Origin: Vicinamibacterales bacterium
GTDB taxonomy: Bacteria > Acidobacteriota > Vicinamibacteria > Vicinamibacterales > UBA2999
Assembly (NCBI GenBank): GCA_050185275.1
Contig: JBFWZN010000005.1
Coordinates: 202,507-266,506 of the forward strand
DNA length: 64,000 nt
Direction: 5' to 3'
Shown: piece after piece, positions 1-11,533 of the stretch
How the letters are laid out: every line of letters begins with the position of its first letter
Position numbering within the stretch: position 1 is the first letter of the stretch
Made by a program: the position numbers and the translations under genes
Notes under the pieces: model-generated
The model's database searches: none
What the model saw: the letters and a program-made list of their open reading frames with translations, nothing else
What the model was told of the DNA's origin: nothing

Positions 1-1
1 G

Positions 2-778
2 CGGGTTCTGGTCACCCGTCCGCGCGAGCAGGCGGGCCCGCTGGTGGATCGGCTCGTTGCGCTGGGGGCCGACGCCGTGGAGGCGCCGATGATCCGGATC
101 GAGCCGCCCGAGGATGCGGCGCCACTGCGGGCCGCGGCGGCGCAGGCCTCCGGTTTCGACTGGATCGTGTTCTCGAGTCGGAACGCCGTCGCGTCGTTCA
201 TGGACGCGTTGCTCGGGGAAGGCCGCGACCTGCGCGCCCTGGCCGGCCCCCGGCTATGCGTCGTGGGCACGGGCACGGCCGAGGCCCTCGTCTCGTACGG
301 CATACGGCCGGACCTCCTCCCACGGGTGTTCACCGCAGAAGGCATCGTGGCCGCCATGCTCGAGACCGGTCCCATGGCGGCCGCACGGGTCTTGATCCCG
401 CACGCGAACATCGGCCGCGAGGTGGTGGGCGACGCCCTGCGCCTCGCGGGTGCCGACGTGCTGGACGTCGTGGCGTACCGGACGGTCGAAGAGGAGGGCC
501 AGACGGCGGGGCACCCGGATGTGTATCGCCTGCTCCTGGATCGCCAGATCGACGTGGTCACCTTCACGAGCCCGTCAGCGGTGCGCAGCTTCGTGCGCAG
601 CATCGGTGTCGAACAGGCAGCCGACCTGCTCCAGCAGGTGGCGGTGGCGAGCATCGGCCCCGTGACGACGCACGCAGCCCGGGAGCTCGGCCTCACGGTC
701 GCGATCCAGCCCTCGACCTACTCGGTGCCCGCGCTGGTGGACGCGATCGCCGCGCATTTCGCACGACCGACGCCCTGA
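2..778 (+). CDS. hemD: Uroporphyrinogen-III synthase domain, 5'-truncated by the window edge (possibly the C-terminal half of a CobA-HemD fusion)
   Basis: Frame is open from base 2: [38 protein letters not shown] motifs; lies upstream of hemB/hemL. Confidence 0.9.
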   Translation, partial: RVLVTRPREQAGPLVDRLVALGADAVEAPMIRIEPPEDAAPLRAAAAQASGFDWIVFSSRNAVASFMDALLGEGRDLRALAGPRLCVVGTGTAEALVSYGIRPDLLPRVFTAEGIVAAMLETGPMAAARVLIPHANIGREVVGDALRLAGADVLDVVAYRTVEEEGQTAGHPDVYRLLLDRQIDVVTFTSPSAVRSFVRSIGVEQAADLLQQVAVASIGPVTTHAARELGLTVAIQPSTYSVPALVDAIAAHFARPTP

Positions 779-819
779 GCGCGGTTGCGGGCCGGCCCGG
801 CTTGGGTCAATATCCGGTG

Positions 820-1824
820 ATGGCCAGCGACACCGACAGCGGCACCGGCGCGCGACTCTCCCTCCCGCGGCGGCCCCGGCGACTGCGGCGCACCGAAGCG
901 ATCCGTGGTCTGGTGCGCGAAACGCGTCTGTCGCGTGAGAGCCTGGTCTATCCCCTGTTCGTCTGCGAGGGCGAAGGCGTGCGCCGCGAGGTCGGCTCGA
1001 TGCCGGGCGTGTTCCAGCTGTCGGTGGACGAAGCGGTGAAGGAAGCCTCGGCCGCGCACGTCGAAGGCGTGCCGGGGGTGCTCCTGTTCGGGCTCCCCGG
1101 AACCAAGGATCTCGACGCGTCGGCAGCCGCGGCGCCGGACGCGCCCGTCCAGCGCGCCGTGCGGGCACTGCGGAAGGCCCTGCCCGAGCTGGTCGTGATG
1201 ACCGACGTCTGCCTGTGCGAGTACACCTCGCACGGACACTGCGGCATCCTGCAGGGCGAGGAGATCGTCAACGACGCCACGGTCGTCCTGCTCGCGAAAA
1301 CGGCCGTCTCCCACGCCGAAGCCGGTGCGCACGTGGTGGCCCCCTCCGACATGATGGACGGCCGCGTGGGCGCCATCCGCTCGGCCCTCGACCGGGCCGG
1401 ATTCGATCAGGTGGCGATCATGTCCTACGCAGCCAAGTACTGCTCGGCCTTCTACGGCCCGTTCCGCGAGGCTGCCGATTCGGCGCCGCAGTTCGGCGAT
1501 CGCCGCAGCCACCAGATGGACCCCGCCAACGTGGAGGAAGCGCTGCGCGAGGTCGAACTGGATCTGGCCGAGGGCGCCGACATCGTCATGATCAAGCCGG
1601 CCCTGCCGTATCTCGACGTCATCTCGCGCGTGAAGATGCGGTTCGGCCAGCCCACCGCGGCGTACCACGTGAGCGGCGAGTACGCCATGCTGAAGGCTGC
1701 GGCGGCCAATGGCTGGATCGACGAGCGCCGGGCCATGCTGGAAACGCTCACGAGCCTGTCGAGGGCCGGGGCCGACATCATCATCACCTACTACGCCCGG
1801 GAGGCCGCGCGGGCACTCGCCTGA
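820..1824 (+). CDS. hemB: Delta-aminolevulinic acid dehydratase (Zn-type)
   Basis: [44 protein letters not shown] motifs; ATG at 820. Confidence 0.97.
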   Translation: MASDTDSGTGARLSLPRRPRRLRRTEAIRGLVRETRLSRESLVYPLFVCEGEGVRREVGSMPGVFQLSVDEAVKEASAAHVEGVPGVLLFGLPGTKDLDASAAAAPDAPVQRAVRALRKALPELVVMTDVCLCEYTSHGHCGILQGEEIVNDATVVLLAKTAVSHAEAGAHVVAPSDMMDGRVGAIRSALDRAGFDQVAIMSYAAKYCSAFYGPFREAADSAPQFGDRRSHQMDPANVEEALREVELDLAEGADIVMIKPALPYLDVISRVKMRFGQPTAAYHVSGEYAMLKAAAANGWIDERRAMLETLTSLSRAGADIIITYYAREAARALA

Positions 1825-1855
1825 GCCGCCGCTGCGGCCCGGATCCAACACGCTT

Positions 1856-3154
1856 ATGACCGCACCACGACGGAGCAGGACCCTTTTCGCGCGCGCGCAG
1901 CAGGTGCTGCCTGGCGGTGTGGACAGCCCGGTCCGCGCATTCGCGGCGGTGGGCGGTTCGCCGCTGTTCATAAAGAGAGGCGCCGGCTCCCGGATCGAGG
2001 ACGTGGACGGCAACCGGTACATCGATTACGTGATGTCGTGGGGACCCCTCATCCACGGGCACGCGCCGCGGGGCCTCGTCCGCGCGGTGGGCCGCGCGAC
2101 CGCACGCGGCACCTCCTTTGGCGCCCCCAGCCCCCTCGAGCACGAGCTGGGCGAACTGGTGCGCCGGCTGATGCCCTCGGTGCAGAAGGTCCGGTTCGTG
2201 AGCTCCGGCACCGAGGCGGCGATGAGCGCAATCCGGCTGGCCCGCGCCTTCACGGGCCGCGACCGCATCGTGAAGTTCGAAGGCTGCTATCACGGTCATG
2301 CCGACGCGTTTCTCGTGAAGGCCGGCTCAGGCGCCACGACGCTGGGCACGCCGACGAGCCCCGGAGTTCCGAAGGCGGTCGTGGCCGATACGCTGCTCGC
2401 GCCGTACAACGATCTCGCGGCGGTCGAGCGCCTGTGCCGGCGGCATCGCGACAGGATCGCCGCGATCTGCGTCGAGCCCATTGCCGGCAACATGGGCGTC
2501 GTGCCCCCGGCGGAGGGCTTCCTCGCCGGCCTGCGGGAACTCTGCAACCGGCACGGCATCCTGCTCGTCTTCGACGAGGTGATCTCCGGATTCCGGGCGT
2601 CGGCCGGTGGGGCGCAGGCCGTGTTCGGTGTGCAGCCCGACGTGACGTGCCTGGGCAAGATCATCGGGGGCGGGTTCCCGGTAGGCGCCTACGGCGGGCG
2701 CGCAGACGTCATGGACCTCATCTCACCGGCAGGGCCCGTGTACCAGGCCGGCACCCTGTCAGGCAATCCGGTGGCCATGACGGCCGGCCTGTGGGCACTC
2801 GGGAAGCTCCGGCCTCGCCTGTACCGCGATCTCGCCAGGCGGGGGACGACCCTCGCGCTGGGCCTGGCCGATGCGGCGCGGCACGCCGGCGTCCCGCTCC
2901 GCGTGAACGCCTTCGGGTCGGTGCTGACGCCGTTCTTCACCTCGGCCGCAGTGCGGGATTACACGACGGCGCTCACCGCGGATACCGACGCCTACGGCAC
3001 CTTCTTCAGGGGGATGCTCAAGCGGGGCGTGTACGCCCCGCCCTCACAGTTCGAGGGCTGGTTCCTCTCGGCGGCGCACTCCGACGGCGACATCGAGCGC
3101 ACACTCGCCGCCGCCGGGGGGGCCATGCGCGAGGTCGCCAGGCGACACGGCTGA
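1856..3154 (+). CDS. hemL: Glutamate-1-semialdehyde 2,1-aminomutase
   Basis: PGGVDSPVRAF, SSGTEAAM, FEGCYHGH, FDEVISGFR, LGKIIGGG motifs. Confidence 0.97.
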   Translation: MTAPRRSRTLFARAQQVLPGGVDSPVRAFAAVGGSPLFIKRGAGSRIEDVDGNRYIDYVMSWGPLIHGHAPRGLVRAVGRATARGTSFGAPSPLEHELGELVRRLMPSVQKVRFVSSGTEAAMSAIRLARAFTGRDRIVKFEGCYHGHADAFLVKAGSGATTLGTPTSPGVPKAVVADTLLAPYNDLAAVERLCRRHRDRIAAICVEPIAGNMGVVPPAEGFLAGLRELCNRHGILLVFDEVISGFRASAGGAQAVFGVQPDVTCLGKIIGGGFPVGAYGGRADVMDLISPAGPVYQAGTLSGNPVAMTAGLWALGKLRPRLYRDLARRGTTLALGLADAARHAGVPLRVNAFGSVLTPFFTSAAVRDYTTALTADTDAYGTFFRGMLKRGVYAPPSQFEGWFLSAAHSDGDIERTLAAAGGAMREVARRHG

Positions 3155-3176
3155 GGGATCGCCCAGCGGAGCACCA

Positions 3177-3215
3177 GGGCGGACGACGGAGCCGTTGAGC
3201 CCCGTCGTCCAGCCC
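3177..3215. terminator. Hairpin between convergent genes, possible bidirectional terminator
   Basis: ggacgacgg...ccgtcgtcc inverted repeat flanked by gggc/gccc; no U-tract. Confidence 0.45.
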
Positions 3216-3222
3216 GAACCCG

Positions 3223-4134
3223 TTACTGCAGCGTGAGCGGCGAGTCGATCCTCACGCGCAGGACCGAGCCCTGGGGCAGGTTGAGGTCCTGGCCCTCGGT
3301 GGCCGCGATGGTGCCGCCCCCACCGATCAGGATGCCCGCCAGGGCGCCCTTGAACCCGCCGAGCAGTCCTCCGATCACCGCGCCCACACCCGCACCGGCG
3401 CCCACGCGCCCCGCTTCACCGCGCAGGCCCTCGCTTTCGAGCGCCTCGGTCACGGTGGCGCGCAGCGGCTGTGCCCGTCCGTTCACGGTGATCCGGTCGA
3501 AGTTCACGGTCATGCTCGCCTGGCGGTTGGTGCGGGTGGCTGGCGTCACCTGGGTGACCATGCCGCGCAGAACCGACCCGGCCGGAATCAGGACACGGCC
3601 GTTCACTTCGAGATCCACGAGGGTCGTCGCCTCGAAGAAGTCCTCGACCTGCGCGGTGGCGGAGTTGAGCGCCTGCGAGAGCCGGACGTCCATCTCGGTG
3701 CCGGCGGGCACCTCATTGGGGTTGGCGGCCGCGGCCGGTCGAGGCGCCGGGGCAGGCCGAGGGGCTGGGGCGGGCGCGGGGGCCGGGGCGGGGGCCGCAG
3801 CCGCCGCGCGCGGCGCGTCCCGGCGGGCATCGGCCCGCAGGTCGTCGATGCGGTCTCGCAGATCGGAATACTCGGCGCGCGCCACCGAAGGCTCCTTCCG
3901 CATCTTCACCTTGAGGTAGGTCACCTCGTCACGGAGTTCATCGAGCGACAACCGGAACTGCGCCGCGCGCGCGGTGTCGCTGGTGCCAAGCACGGTGAGT
4001 TCGCGCTCGGCCTGATAAATGTTGTCCTGCAGGCGCAGGAGATCGTCCTGCGTCATGGTCTGCTGGGCGGCGGCCGGGGCCGGAAGCCCGAGCGCGAAGG
4101 CCGTTACGGCGGCCAGGATGACTGTGCGGAACAT
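3223..4134 (-). CDS. Exported protein: coiled coil, Pro/Ala linker, VirB10/TrbI-like beta domain with glycine zipper
   Basis: GAGGAGG RBS before ATG 4134; signal peptide; VPAGTEMDVRL...IPAGSVLRG...GAGAGVGAVIGGLLGG. Confidence 0.7.
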   Translation of the reverse strand: MFRTVILAAVTAFALGLPAPAAAQQTMTQDDLLRLQDNIYQAERELTVLGTSDTARAAQFRLSLDELRDEVTYLKVKMRKEPSVARAEYSDLRDRIDDLRADARRDAPRAAAAAPAPAPAPAPAPRPAPAPRPAAAANPNEVPAGTEMDVRLSQALNSATAQVEDFFEATTLVDLEVNGRVLIPAGSVLRGMVTQVTPATRTNRQASMTVNFDRITVNGRAQPLRATVTEALESEGLRGEAGRVGAGAGVGAVIGGLLGGFKGALAGILIGGGGTIAATEGQDLNLPQGSVLRVRIDSPLTLQ

Positions 4135-4248
4135 GCTTTCCTCCTCTGCTCTCGTCGAGTGCGTCAACGATCGTCGTGCCACGCGGGCAGGCCGACCGCA
4201 GGGGTCGCGGTCGTACATCCGCCGCACCGAGGGGGAAGGTGCGGGCGG

Positions 4249-5568
4249 TCAGTTGCGCCAGGGCATCAGGCGCTCGATCCACGCCACGCGCGTGAGATCG
4301 TTGTAGATCACGGTCACCATCAGCAGCATCAGGACCACGAACCCCGCGAGCAGCATCTTCTCCTTGATCTGCACGCTGAAGTCGCGCCTGGCAATGCCTT
4401 CGAGGGCCATGATCAGGATGTGACCGCCGTCGAGCACGGGCACGGGCATGAGGTTGAGCAGCCCGAGGTTCAGGCTGATCATCGCCATGAGCGAAAACAG
4501 GGCCACCCAGCCAGCCTCCGCGGACTCGCCCGACAGTTGCGCAATGGCCACCGGCCCCATCAGCTGGCGGGGCGAGGTCTCACCGACGAACAGCCCGCCG
4601 AGCGTGCGGAAGATGAGGCCGCTGTACTTGATGTTCTCCTGGATGCTCAGCTGCACGGCCTCGAGGGGGCCCGGCGTGAACGACTTGGTCGCCTCGCTGA
4701 TGGTGATGCCCACCATGCCACGATCGCCGCGAGGCGCCGGCGTGACCGGCAACCGCAGTTCCTCACCGTCGCGCAGGAGGAGAAGCTCGATCTCGCGTCC
4801 GGGCGCGGCGGAAATCGCCTCCGACAGCTGGGAGGCGAACACGACGCGCTTGCCGTCCACGGCAACGACGACGTCACCAGGCCTGACGCCCGCGCGATCG
4901 GCCGGGTCGTCGGGCACGACGCTGCGAACGCTGGGATTCACGTCGGGCAGCACGCCGATGTAGCCGACCTCGAAGCGGCTCTGCGCCTCGGTCTGGACGG
5001 TCACCGAGCGCGACTCGCCTCCGCGCAGGAACGTGACGGCCACCTCGCGATCGGGACGCGTGCCGACGGCCAGGCCGAGCTGCTCCCAGGTGTCCACCTC
5101 TTCACCGGCCACGGTGAGGATGCGGTCGCCGCGCTGGATGCCGGCCCGTTCGGCGGGTGAGCCCTCCACGACCTCACCCACCACGGGCGCTTCATCCTGG
5201 TACGCCGGCACGTCGGCGCCCTGGGCCATCACCACGGCGGTGACGACCACGGCGAGGATGATGTTCATGGCGGGGCCCATGATGAGCACCTGGAAGCGCT
5301 CCCACTTGCTCCGGGACATGAACTCGTCGGGGTGCCCGGTCCGGGCGTCCTCGGGGCTTTCGCCGGCCATCTTCACGTAGCCGCCGAGCGGGATGGCGCT
5401 GACGCAATACTCGGTGTCGCCGCGGCGGAACTTCAGGATCTTGGGGCCGAAGCCCAGGGAGAACGTGAGCACACGAATCCCCAGGCGACGGGCAGCCAGG
5501 AAGTGCCCGAGCTCGTGGACGAAAATCAGGACGCCGAGTACGAACAGGAATGCCAGCAGAGTCTGCAC
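4249..5568 (-). CDS. rseP: RIP metalloprotease RseP with two PDZ domains
   Basis: HELGH, IPLGGYVKM, NLMPVPVLDGGH; follows dxr. Confidence 0.96.
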   Translation of the reverse strand: MQTLLAFLFVLGVLIFVHELGHFLAARRLGIRVLTFSLGFGPKILKFRRGDTEYCVSAIPLGGYVKMAGESPEDARTGHPDEFMSRSKWERFQVLIMGPAMNIILAVVVTAVVMAQGADVPAYQDEAPVVGEVVEGSPAERAGIQRGDRILTVAGEEVDTWEQLGLAVGTRPDREVAVTFLRGGESRSVTVQTEAQSRFEVGYIGVLPDVNPSVRSVVPDDPADRAGVRPGDVVVAVDGKRVVFASQLSEAISAAPGREIELLLLRDGEELRLPVTPAPRGDRGMVGITISEATKSFTPGPLEAVQLSIQENIKYSGLIFRTLGGLFVGETSPRQLMGPVAIAQLSGESAEAGWVALFSLMAMISLNLGLLNLMPVPVLDGGHILIMALEGIARRDFSVQIKEKMLLAGFVVLMLLMVTVIYNDLTRVAWIERLMPWRN

Positions 5569-5578
5569 GCGATGCCCC

Positions 5579-6742
5579 TCACCCCCGCAATTCTACCCCG
5601 CGAGCGAAGGCGGCTGCCCGCTCGCGCGCCCATGCATCCGCGGCCCGCACCTCTTGCAAAGACGCGGCCGGCCCGATCTCGTGGGCGTCGAGCGTGTGCC
5701 CAATTACCTCGGGAATGCCCATGAAGGGGAGATCCCCGGCCAGGAACGCAGCCACCGCGACCTCGTTGGCGGCGTTGAGGACGACCGGAGCCGTCCCACC
5801 CTCGCGCAGGACCCGGTAAGCGAGCGCCAGGCAGGGAAACCGCTCGTGGTCCGGCGCTTCGAATGCCAGCTGCCCGAGCCGCGTGAGGTCCAGGCTGGGA
5901 ATGGACGTCTCCCACCGGTCCGGATATGAGCAGGCGTACTGGATCGGCAGGCGCATGTCGGTGACGCCGAGCTGGGCCATCACCGAGCCGTCGGTGAGCT
6001 CGACCATCGAGTGCACGACCGACTGGGGATGCACCACGACGTCGATCCGGTCGGCGGCCACGTCGAAGAGCCAGCGCGCCTCGATGACCTCCAGCCCCTT
6101 GTTCATGAGCGTCGCCGAGTCGATCGTGATCTTGCGTCCCATGCGCCACGTGGGGTGATCGAGCGCCTGCGCCGGCGTCACCGCGCGCATGGCCTCGCGG
6201 GAGTGGGTCCTGAAGGGACCGCCCGAGGCCGTGAGAACCAGCCGCCGGATCTCGCCCCGGGGGCGCCCGTGGAGACACTGGTGAATCGCGTTGTGCTCGC
6301 TGTCCACGGGCAGGATCGGCACGCCCCGCCGCGCGGCGGCCGCGGTCACCACCTCGCCGGCCATGACCAGGATCTCCTTGTTGGCCAGCGCAATCGCCTT
6401 CCCCGCCTCGATCGCCGCCAGCGCGGCCTCGAGCCCGGCCGTGCCGGCAGACGCGCAGAGCACGAGGTCCACGTCGGGATGGGTGGCGGCTGCCACCATG
6501 CCCTCGGCACCCTCGGCCACGGGAACGGCGGTGCCGATGCAGTCCCGGAGACGCGCGGCCGCGCCGGCCGTCGCCATGGCCAGCAGCTGCGGGCGATACC
6601 TGGCCGCCTGCTCGGCCAGCAGATCGGCGTTCTCCCCAGCCGCGAGTGACACCACACGCAGCCTGGCCGGATGCTCGTCCACGACGGCCAGGGCACTCCG
6701 CCCGATCGAACCGGTCGATCCGAGAATCGCCAGGTTCCTCAT
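5579..6742 (-). CDS. dxr: 1-deoxy-D-xylulose-5-phosphate reductoisomerase
   Basis: LGSTGSIG, LANKE, PVDSEH, TASGGPF, NKGLEVIEA; ATG at 6742. Confidence 0.97.
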   Translation of the reverse strand: MRNLAILGSTGSIGRSALAVVDEHPARLRVVSLAAGENADLLAEQAARYRPQLLAMATAGAAARLRDCIGTAVPVAEGAEGMVAAATHPDVDLVLCASAGTAGLEAALAAIEAGKAIALANKEILVMAGEVVTAAAARRGVPILPVDSEHNAIHQCLHGRPRGEIRRLVLTASGGPFRTHSREAMRAVTPAQALDHPTWRMGRKITIDSATLMNKGLEVIEARWLFDVAADRIDVVVHPQSVVHSMVELTDGSVMAQLGVTDMRLPIQYACSYPDRWETSIPSLDLTRLGQLAFEAPDHERFPCLALAYRVLREGGTAPVVLNAANEVAVAAFLAGDLPFMGIPEVIGHTLDAHEIGPAASLQEVRAADAWARERAAAFARGVELRG

Positions 6743-7515
6743 CCCACCCACCGCAGGTAGACGTAGAACGCGGGCGCGGCAAACAGCAAGGCGTCGATGC
6801 GGTCGAGCACACCGCCGTGACCGGGGATCAGCGACGAACTGTCCTTGATGCCGGCCGAGCGCTTCAGTCTCGACTCGAAGAGATCGCCACAGATGCCAAC
6901 CACGACGAGCACGGCGCCGAGCGCCGCCAGCGAGGTCGAGGACGCGGTCGGGATTGCCCATCCACCTGCGAGGGTCACGAAGCCCGTCCCGATCACCACG
7001 CCGCCCACGGCTCCCTCCAGCGTCTTCTTCGGGCTGATGCGTGGCGCGAGCGGGCGACGGCCGAGCGCACGACCGGTGTAGTACTGCCCGGAATCGCTCA
7101 CGACCACCGTCGCCAGGAGCAGCACGGTCGCGCGATACCCCCCCGCGGCGTGCAGGGCCACGAGCAGGCCCAGGGGCAGCCCGATGTACCACGCCGGGAA
7201 GAACGCGGCGACGATGCGCTCGAACGACACTTCCCACATGAGTGTCTCGGCGGCCACTGCCACGAGCATCAGCAGCACCAGCACGAGCAACGTCCCACCC
7301 GTGGCAGCCACGCTGCTCCACCAGCAGGTGACGACGACGAGCGCCAGCGGCAGCAGTCGCTCACGGCCGGCGCCGGTCCTGACCAGGGGCAGATACTCGT
7401 GCGCCGCCAGCAGGGCCACGACGCACGCGAGCACGCGCAGTCCGGCCAGCGGCAGGTACAGGACGGCGGCCAGCGCAGCGGCGCCAAGGACGGCGCCGCT
7501 CACCACCCGGGTCAT
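6739..7515 (-). CDS. cdsA: Phosphatidate cytidylyltransferase
   Basis: ISPKKTLEG, GDLFESRLKR...KDS...PGHGGVLDRID. Confidence 0.95.
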   Translation of the reverse strand: MTRVVSGAVLGAAALAAVLYLPLAGLRVLACVVALLAAHEYLPLVRTGAGRERLLPLALVVVTCWWSSVAATGGTLLVLVLLMLVAVAAETLMWEVSFERIVAAFFPAWYIGLPLGLLVALHAAGGYRATVLLLATVVVSDSGQYYTGRALGRRPLAPRISPKKTLEGAVGGVVIGTGFVTLAGGWAIPTASSTSLAALGAVLVVVGICGDLFESRLKRSAGIKDSSSLIPGHGGVLDRIDALLFAAPAFYVYLRWVG

Positions 7516-7528
7516 CGGGTGCGGCGGC

Positions 7529-8320
<792 letters not shown>

Positions 8321-8331
8321 CGCGTGTCTCT

Positions 8332-9153
8332 TCAGGGTGCAAGCGCTTCATCATAGTCCACCGCGACGAGGAACAGTCCCGCTGGCGGCGCCGTCGCGCC
8401 GGCGGATGCGCGGGGGGCGCCTGCGACCAGCGCGGCCATCGAGTCCGGGGAGCGCCATCCGCGACCAACCTCGACGAGCGTGCCCACGATCGCCCGGACC
8501 ATGTGCCGGAGGAATCCGTCACCGGCCACCTCGTACACGAGAACCGGCTCGCAGACGAGTCCAGCGCCCGTGGTGCTGCCGTCGAACGGTCGCGCACCGC
8601 CCTCTGCGGACACGAGTCGCAGATCGGAACGCACGATCGTCCGCACCGAGGTCGCCACGTCGCTCCCCGTACTCTGGAAGGCCGAGAAGTCGTGCGTGCC
8701 CACGACGAGCGCCGCGGCCGCCCGCATCGCCTCCACGTCGAGCGTCTCCCGCACGTGCCAGGCAAAGGGCGCCTCGAAGGGATTGCCGACGGGCCCGTTC
8801 CAGATGCGGTAACGGTAGGTCTTCGCGACGGCCGAGTACCGGGCATGGAAGTCGTCGGCCACCTCGTCCACGCGGAGGATGCGCACGTCGCGCGGCAACT
8901 GCGCGTTGAGGGCCCGCAGCAACGTGCGGGCATCGTGTGCGGCGTGCACGCGGACGCTGGCGACCTGTCCCAGGGCGTGGACGCCGGCGTCGGTACGACC
9001 GGCGCCGTGCACGTGCACCGGCGCACCTTCGAAGTGAGCCAGGGCGTCCTCGAGCAGACCCTGCACCGAGTCGCCGGAGGCCTGACGCTGCCAGCCGACG
9101 TACCGGGACCCGTCGTAGGCCAGCGTCAGCTTGAGGGTCCGGGGCTGGCCCAT
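8332..9153 (-). CDS. truA: tRNA pseudouridine(38-40) synthase
   Basis: YDGSRYVGWQ, GAGRTDAGVHA, GTHDFSAF, FLRHMVR; ATG at 9153. Confidence 0.95.
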   Translation of the reverse strand: MGQPRTLKLTLAYDGSRYVGWQRQASGDSVQGLLEDALAHFEGAPVHVHGAGRTDAGVHALGQVASVRVHAAHDARTLLRALNAQLPRDVRILRVDEVADDFHARYSAVAKTYRYRIWNGPVGNPFEAPFAWHVRETLDVEAMRAAAALVVGTHDFSAFQSTGSDVATSVRTIVRSDLRLVSAEGGARPFDGSTTGAGLVCEPVLVYEVAGDGFLRHMVRAIVGTLVEVGRGWRSPDSMAALVAGAPRASAGATAPPAGLFLVAVDYDEALAP

Positions 9154-9178
9154 CGGTGTCGGGACCAGGCGACCGGCC

Positions 9179-9769
9179 TCAGGCCTGGCGGGAGCCCGGC
9201 TTGACCGCCTGGGTGCCCTGCGCGCACAGGGGACAGCTGGCCGGCTCGTATGTGGGCAGCCGCACCTGGGCGAGCGCGGAGAACGGCACATCGAGGCCCT
9301 GCACCCCCCCACTGCGGTCGATCACCGCGGCGGCGCCCACCACCTGGGCCCCGGCGGCGCGGGCCACGTCGATCGTCTCGCGCGTGGAGCCGCCGGTGGT
9401 CACGACATCCTCGACCACGAGCACGCGCTCGTCGGCCTGCAGCGAGAACCCTCGCCTGAGCACGAGGGCGCCATTCTGCCGCTCCGCGAACAGGGCGCGC
9501 ACGCCGAGCGCGCGCGCGACTTCCTGGCCGATGACGATGCCCCCGAGGGCCGGCGACAGCACGGCCTCGACCCGGAGGTCCCGCACCAGGGCCCCGAGGG
9601 CGGCGCCGCACGCCTCGGCATCGCGCGGATGCTGCAGCACCAGGGCACACTGGAGATAGCCGGGGCTATGCAGCCCGGAGCTGAGCTGGAAGTGGCCTTC
9701 GAGCAGGGCGCCACGACGGCGGAACGTGTCGAGGACCGCGTCCTCGGTCAGGGTGGGCGTGGTGGGCAT
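9179..9769 (-). CDS. pyrE: Orotate phosphoribosyltransferase
   Basis: GHFQLSSGLHS, PALGG, FAER, VVEDVVTTGGS, C-terminal CPLC and KPGSR. Confidence 0.93.
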   Translation of the reverse strand: MPTTPTLTEDAVLDTFRRRGALLEGHFQLSSGLHSPGYLQCALVLQHPRDAEACGAALGALVRDLRVEAVLSPALGGIVIGQEVARALGVRALFAERQNGALVLRRGFSLQADERVLVVEDVVTTGGSTRETIDVARAAGAQVVGAAAVIDRSGGVQGLDVPFSALAQVRLPTYEPASCPLCAQGTQAVKPGSRQA

Positions 9770-9894
9770 CGGTATCCTTCGCGCGCGGACCCGGCAGGGA
9801 ACCCTCGGGTCGAACTGCTATATTCTGCCCGATCCCGAACATCCGCGCCCTTCCCGCCGTCTCAGTCCCTGGTTTCTGATACCGGAGTGTCCAG

Positions 9895-11505
9895 ATGCAC
9901 GCCCGCCATGCCCCTGTCGTTCACCTCGTCGTGCTCGTACTCCTGCTGCTGTCCACGGCGGTTCACGCCAGCGCGCAGACAGGACAGGCGCCGCCGGGTC
10001 CATCCGGCCCGGTGCGGCAGCTCACGATGGACGAGGCCGTGGCCCTGGCGCTCGAGAACAACCTCGGCGTCCGGGTGGCCCGCATCGAACCGCTCGTGCA
10101 GGATCTGGGCATCCTGCAGGCACGGACGGCCTGGGCCCCCACCATCAGCACGACGGTCGAGGGCACGGGCACCGATTCGCCCAACGTGAGCGTGCTCTCG
10201 GGCGCCGAGGGCACCACGATCACCGACAACCGGCTGGCCACCACCGTCGGCCTGCAGCAGGCCCTGCCGTGGGGGGCGCGCTACAGCGTGGGGTGGGACA
10301 GCTCGCGCGCGACCACCACGAACCTCTTCTCGAACTTCTCCCCGCAGCTGCGCTCGTCGGTGACGTTCTCCTACCGGCAGCCGCTCCTGCGGGATCGCGA
10401 GATCGACACCGCGCGCTGGCAGGTGGCCACGGCCACGCGCGACCGATCGCTGGCTGACCTCGACCTCCGCCAGACGGTGGTCTCCACCGCCCGTTCGGTG
10501 AGGAGCGCGTACTGGAACCTGGCATACGCCATCGCCCTGCTCGACGTGCAGCGGCAGTCGCTCGAGCTCGCCCAGGAGTCGTTGCGGAACACGCGCGCCC
10601 GGATCGAAATCGGCACCCAGCCGCCCATCGACGTCGTGGAGGCCGAGGCCGAGGTCGCGCAGCGGGAGGAGGCCCTGATCCTGGCCGAGGCCCAGATCGA
10701 GCAGGAGCAGGACACGCTGCGCACGCTCGTCTTCGATCCGTCCATGCCCGACTTCTGGACGGTACGGATCGAACCGGCCGCGCTCCCCGCCTTCGAACCG
10801 GCGCCGGTGGATGTCGACGGCGCCGTGCGGCGGGCGATCGCCGAACGGACCGACGTCAGACGATCGCAGCGGGCCATCGAGACCGACGAGGTCGGCCTGC
10901 GCTTCTTCAGGAACCAGACGCTGCCCGACGTGTCGGCGGGCGTGGACTTCGGGGGCACCGGCCTCGGCGGGACGCAGTTCGTCAGGGGCCCGGGCCTGCC
11001 CGGGCCCATCATCGGCCAGACCCAGCGCAGCTTCGGCTCGGTGCTCGGCGACGTCTTCGGAAACGCCTACCCCACGTGGACCGCCTCGCTCAGCGTGAAC
11101 TACCCGCTCGGTACCAGCCAGCAGGAGGCGAGCCTCGCACGGGCGCGGCTGCAGCTCACCCGCACGAGAACGGAGCTGCAGCGTCTGGAACTGCAGGTGA
11201 CCGCCCAGGTGCGGGCCGCGGGACGCCAGGTGACGACGAACCAGCGCCGGGTGGAGACGACGCGGGTCGCGCGCGAACTCGCCGAGCGCCGCCTGGACGC
11301 CGAGCAGCGCAAGCTGGCCGCCGGCACCTCCACCAGCTTCCTGGTGTTCCAGGCACAACGGGACCTCGCCGTGGCCAGGAACAACGAGCTGCGTGCGGTG
11401 CTCGATTACAACCAGTCGGTGGTGGACTTCGAGGCGGTGCAGCAGGCGCCCATAGCCGGAACCGGCACGCAAACCGCGACCCAGACCGCAACTGGCGCGC
11501 AGTGA
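9895..11505 (+). CDS. TolC-family outer membrane efflux protein
   Basis: Signal peptide; LTMDEAVALALENN; two OEP-like helical repeats (AYWNL; GTSTSFLVFQAQ). Confidence 0.88.
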   Translation: MHARHAPVVHLVVLVLLLLSTAVHASAQTGQAPPGPSGPVRQLTMDEAVALALENNLGVRVARIEPLVQDLGILQARTAWAPTISTTVEGTGTDSPNVSVLSGAEGTTITDNRLATTVGLQQALPWGARYSVGWDSSRATTTNLFSNFSPQLRSSVTFSYRQPLLRDREIDTARWQVATATRDRSLADLDLRQTVVSTARSVRSAYWNLAYAIALLDVQRQSLELAQESLRNTRARIEIGTQPPIDVVEAEAEVAQREEALILAEAQIEQEQDTLRTLVFDPSMPDFWTVRIEPAALPAFEPAPVDVDGAVRRAIAERTDVRRSQRAIETDEVGLRFFRNQTLPDVSAGVDFGGTGLGGTQFVRGPGLPGPIIGQTQRSFGSVLGDVFGNAYPTWTASLSVNYPLGTSQQEASLARARLQLTRTRTELQRLELQVTAQVRAAGRQVTTNQRRVETTRVARELAERRLDAEQRKLAAGTSTSFLVFQAQRDLAVARNNELRAVLDYNQSVVDFEAVQQAPIAGTGTQTATQTATGAQ

Positions 11506-11533
11506 GCGGCGGGAAGGCGGGTAGAATCGCGGG

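Noticed and set aside
5579-7321. Long N-terminal extensions in track ORFs (dxr, hemB, pyrF, queC, nth, PPIase, TIGR02757, DUF4112)
   Set aside because: Extensions are Arg/Pro-rich alternate-frame readings of upstream genes; starts were reassigned to the conserved N-termini
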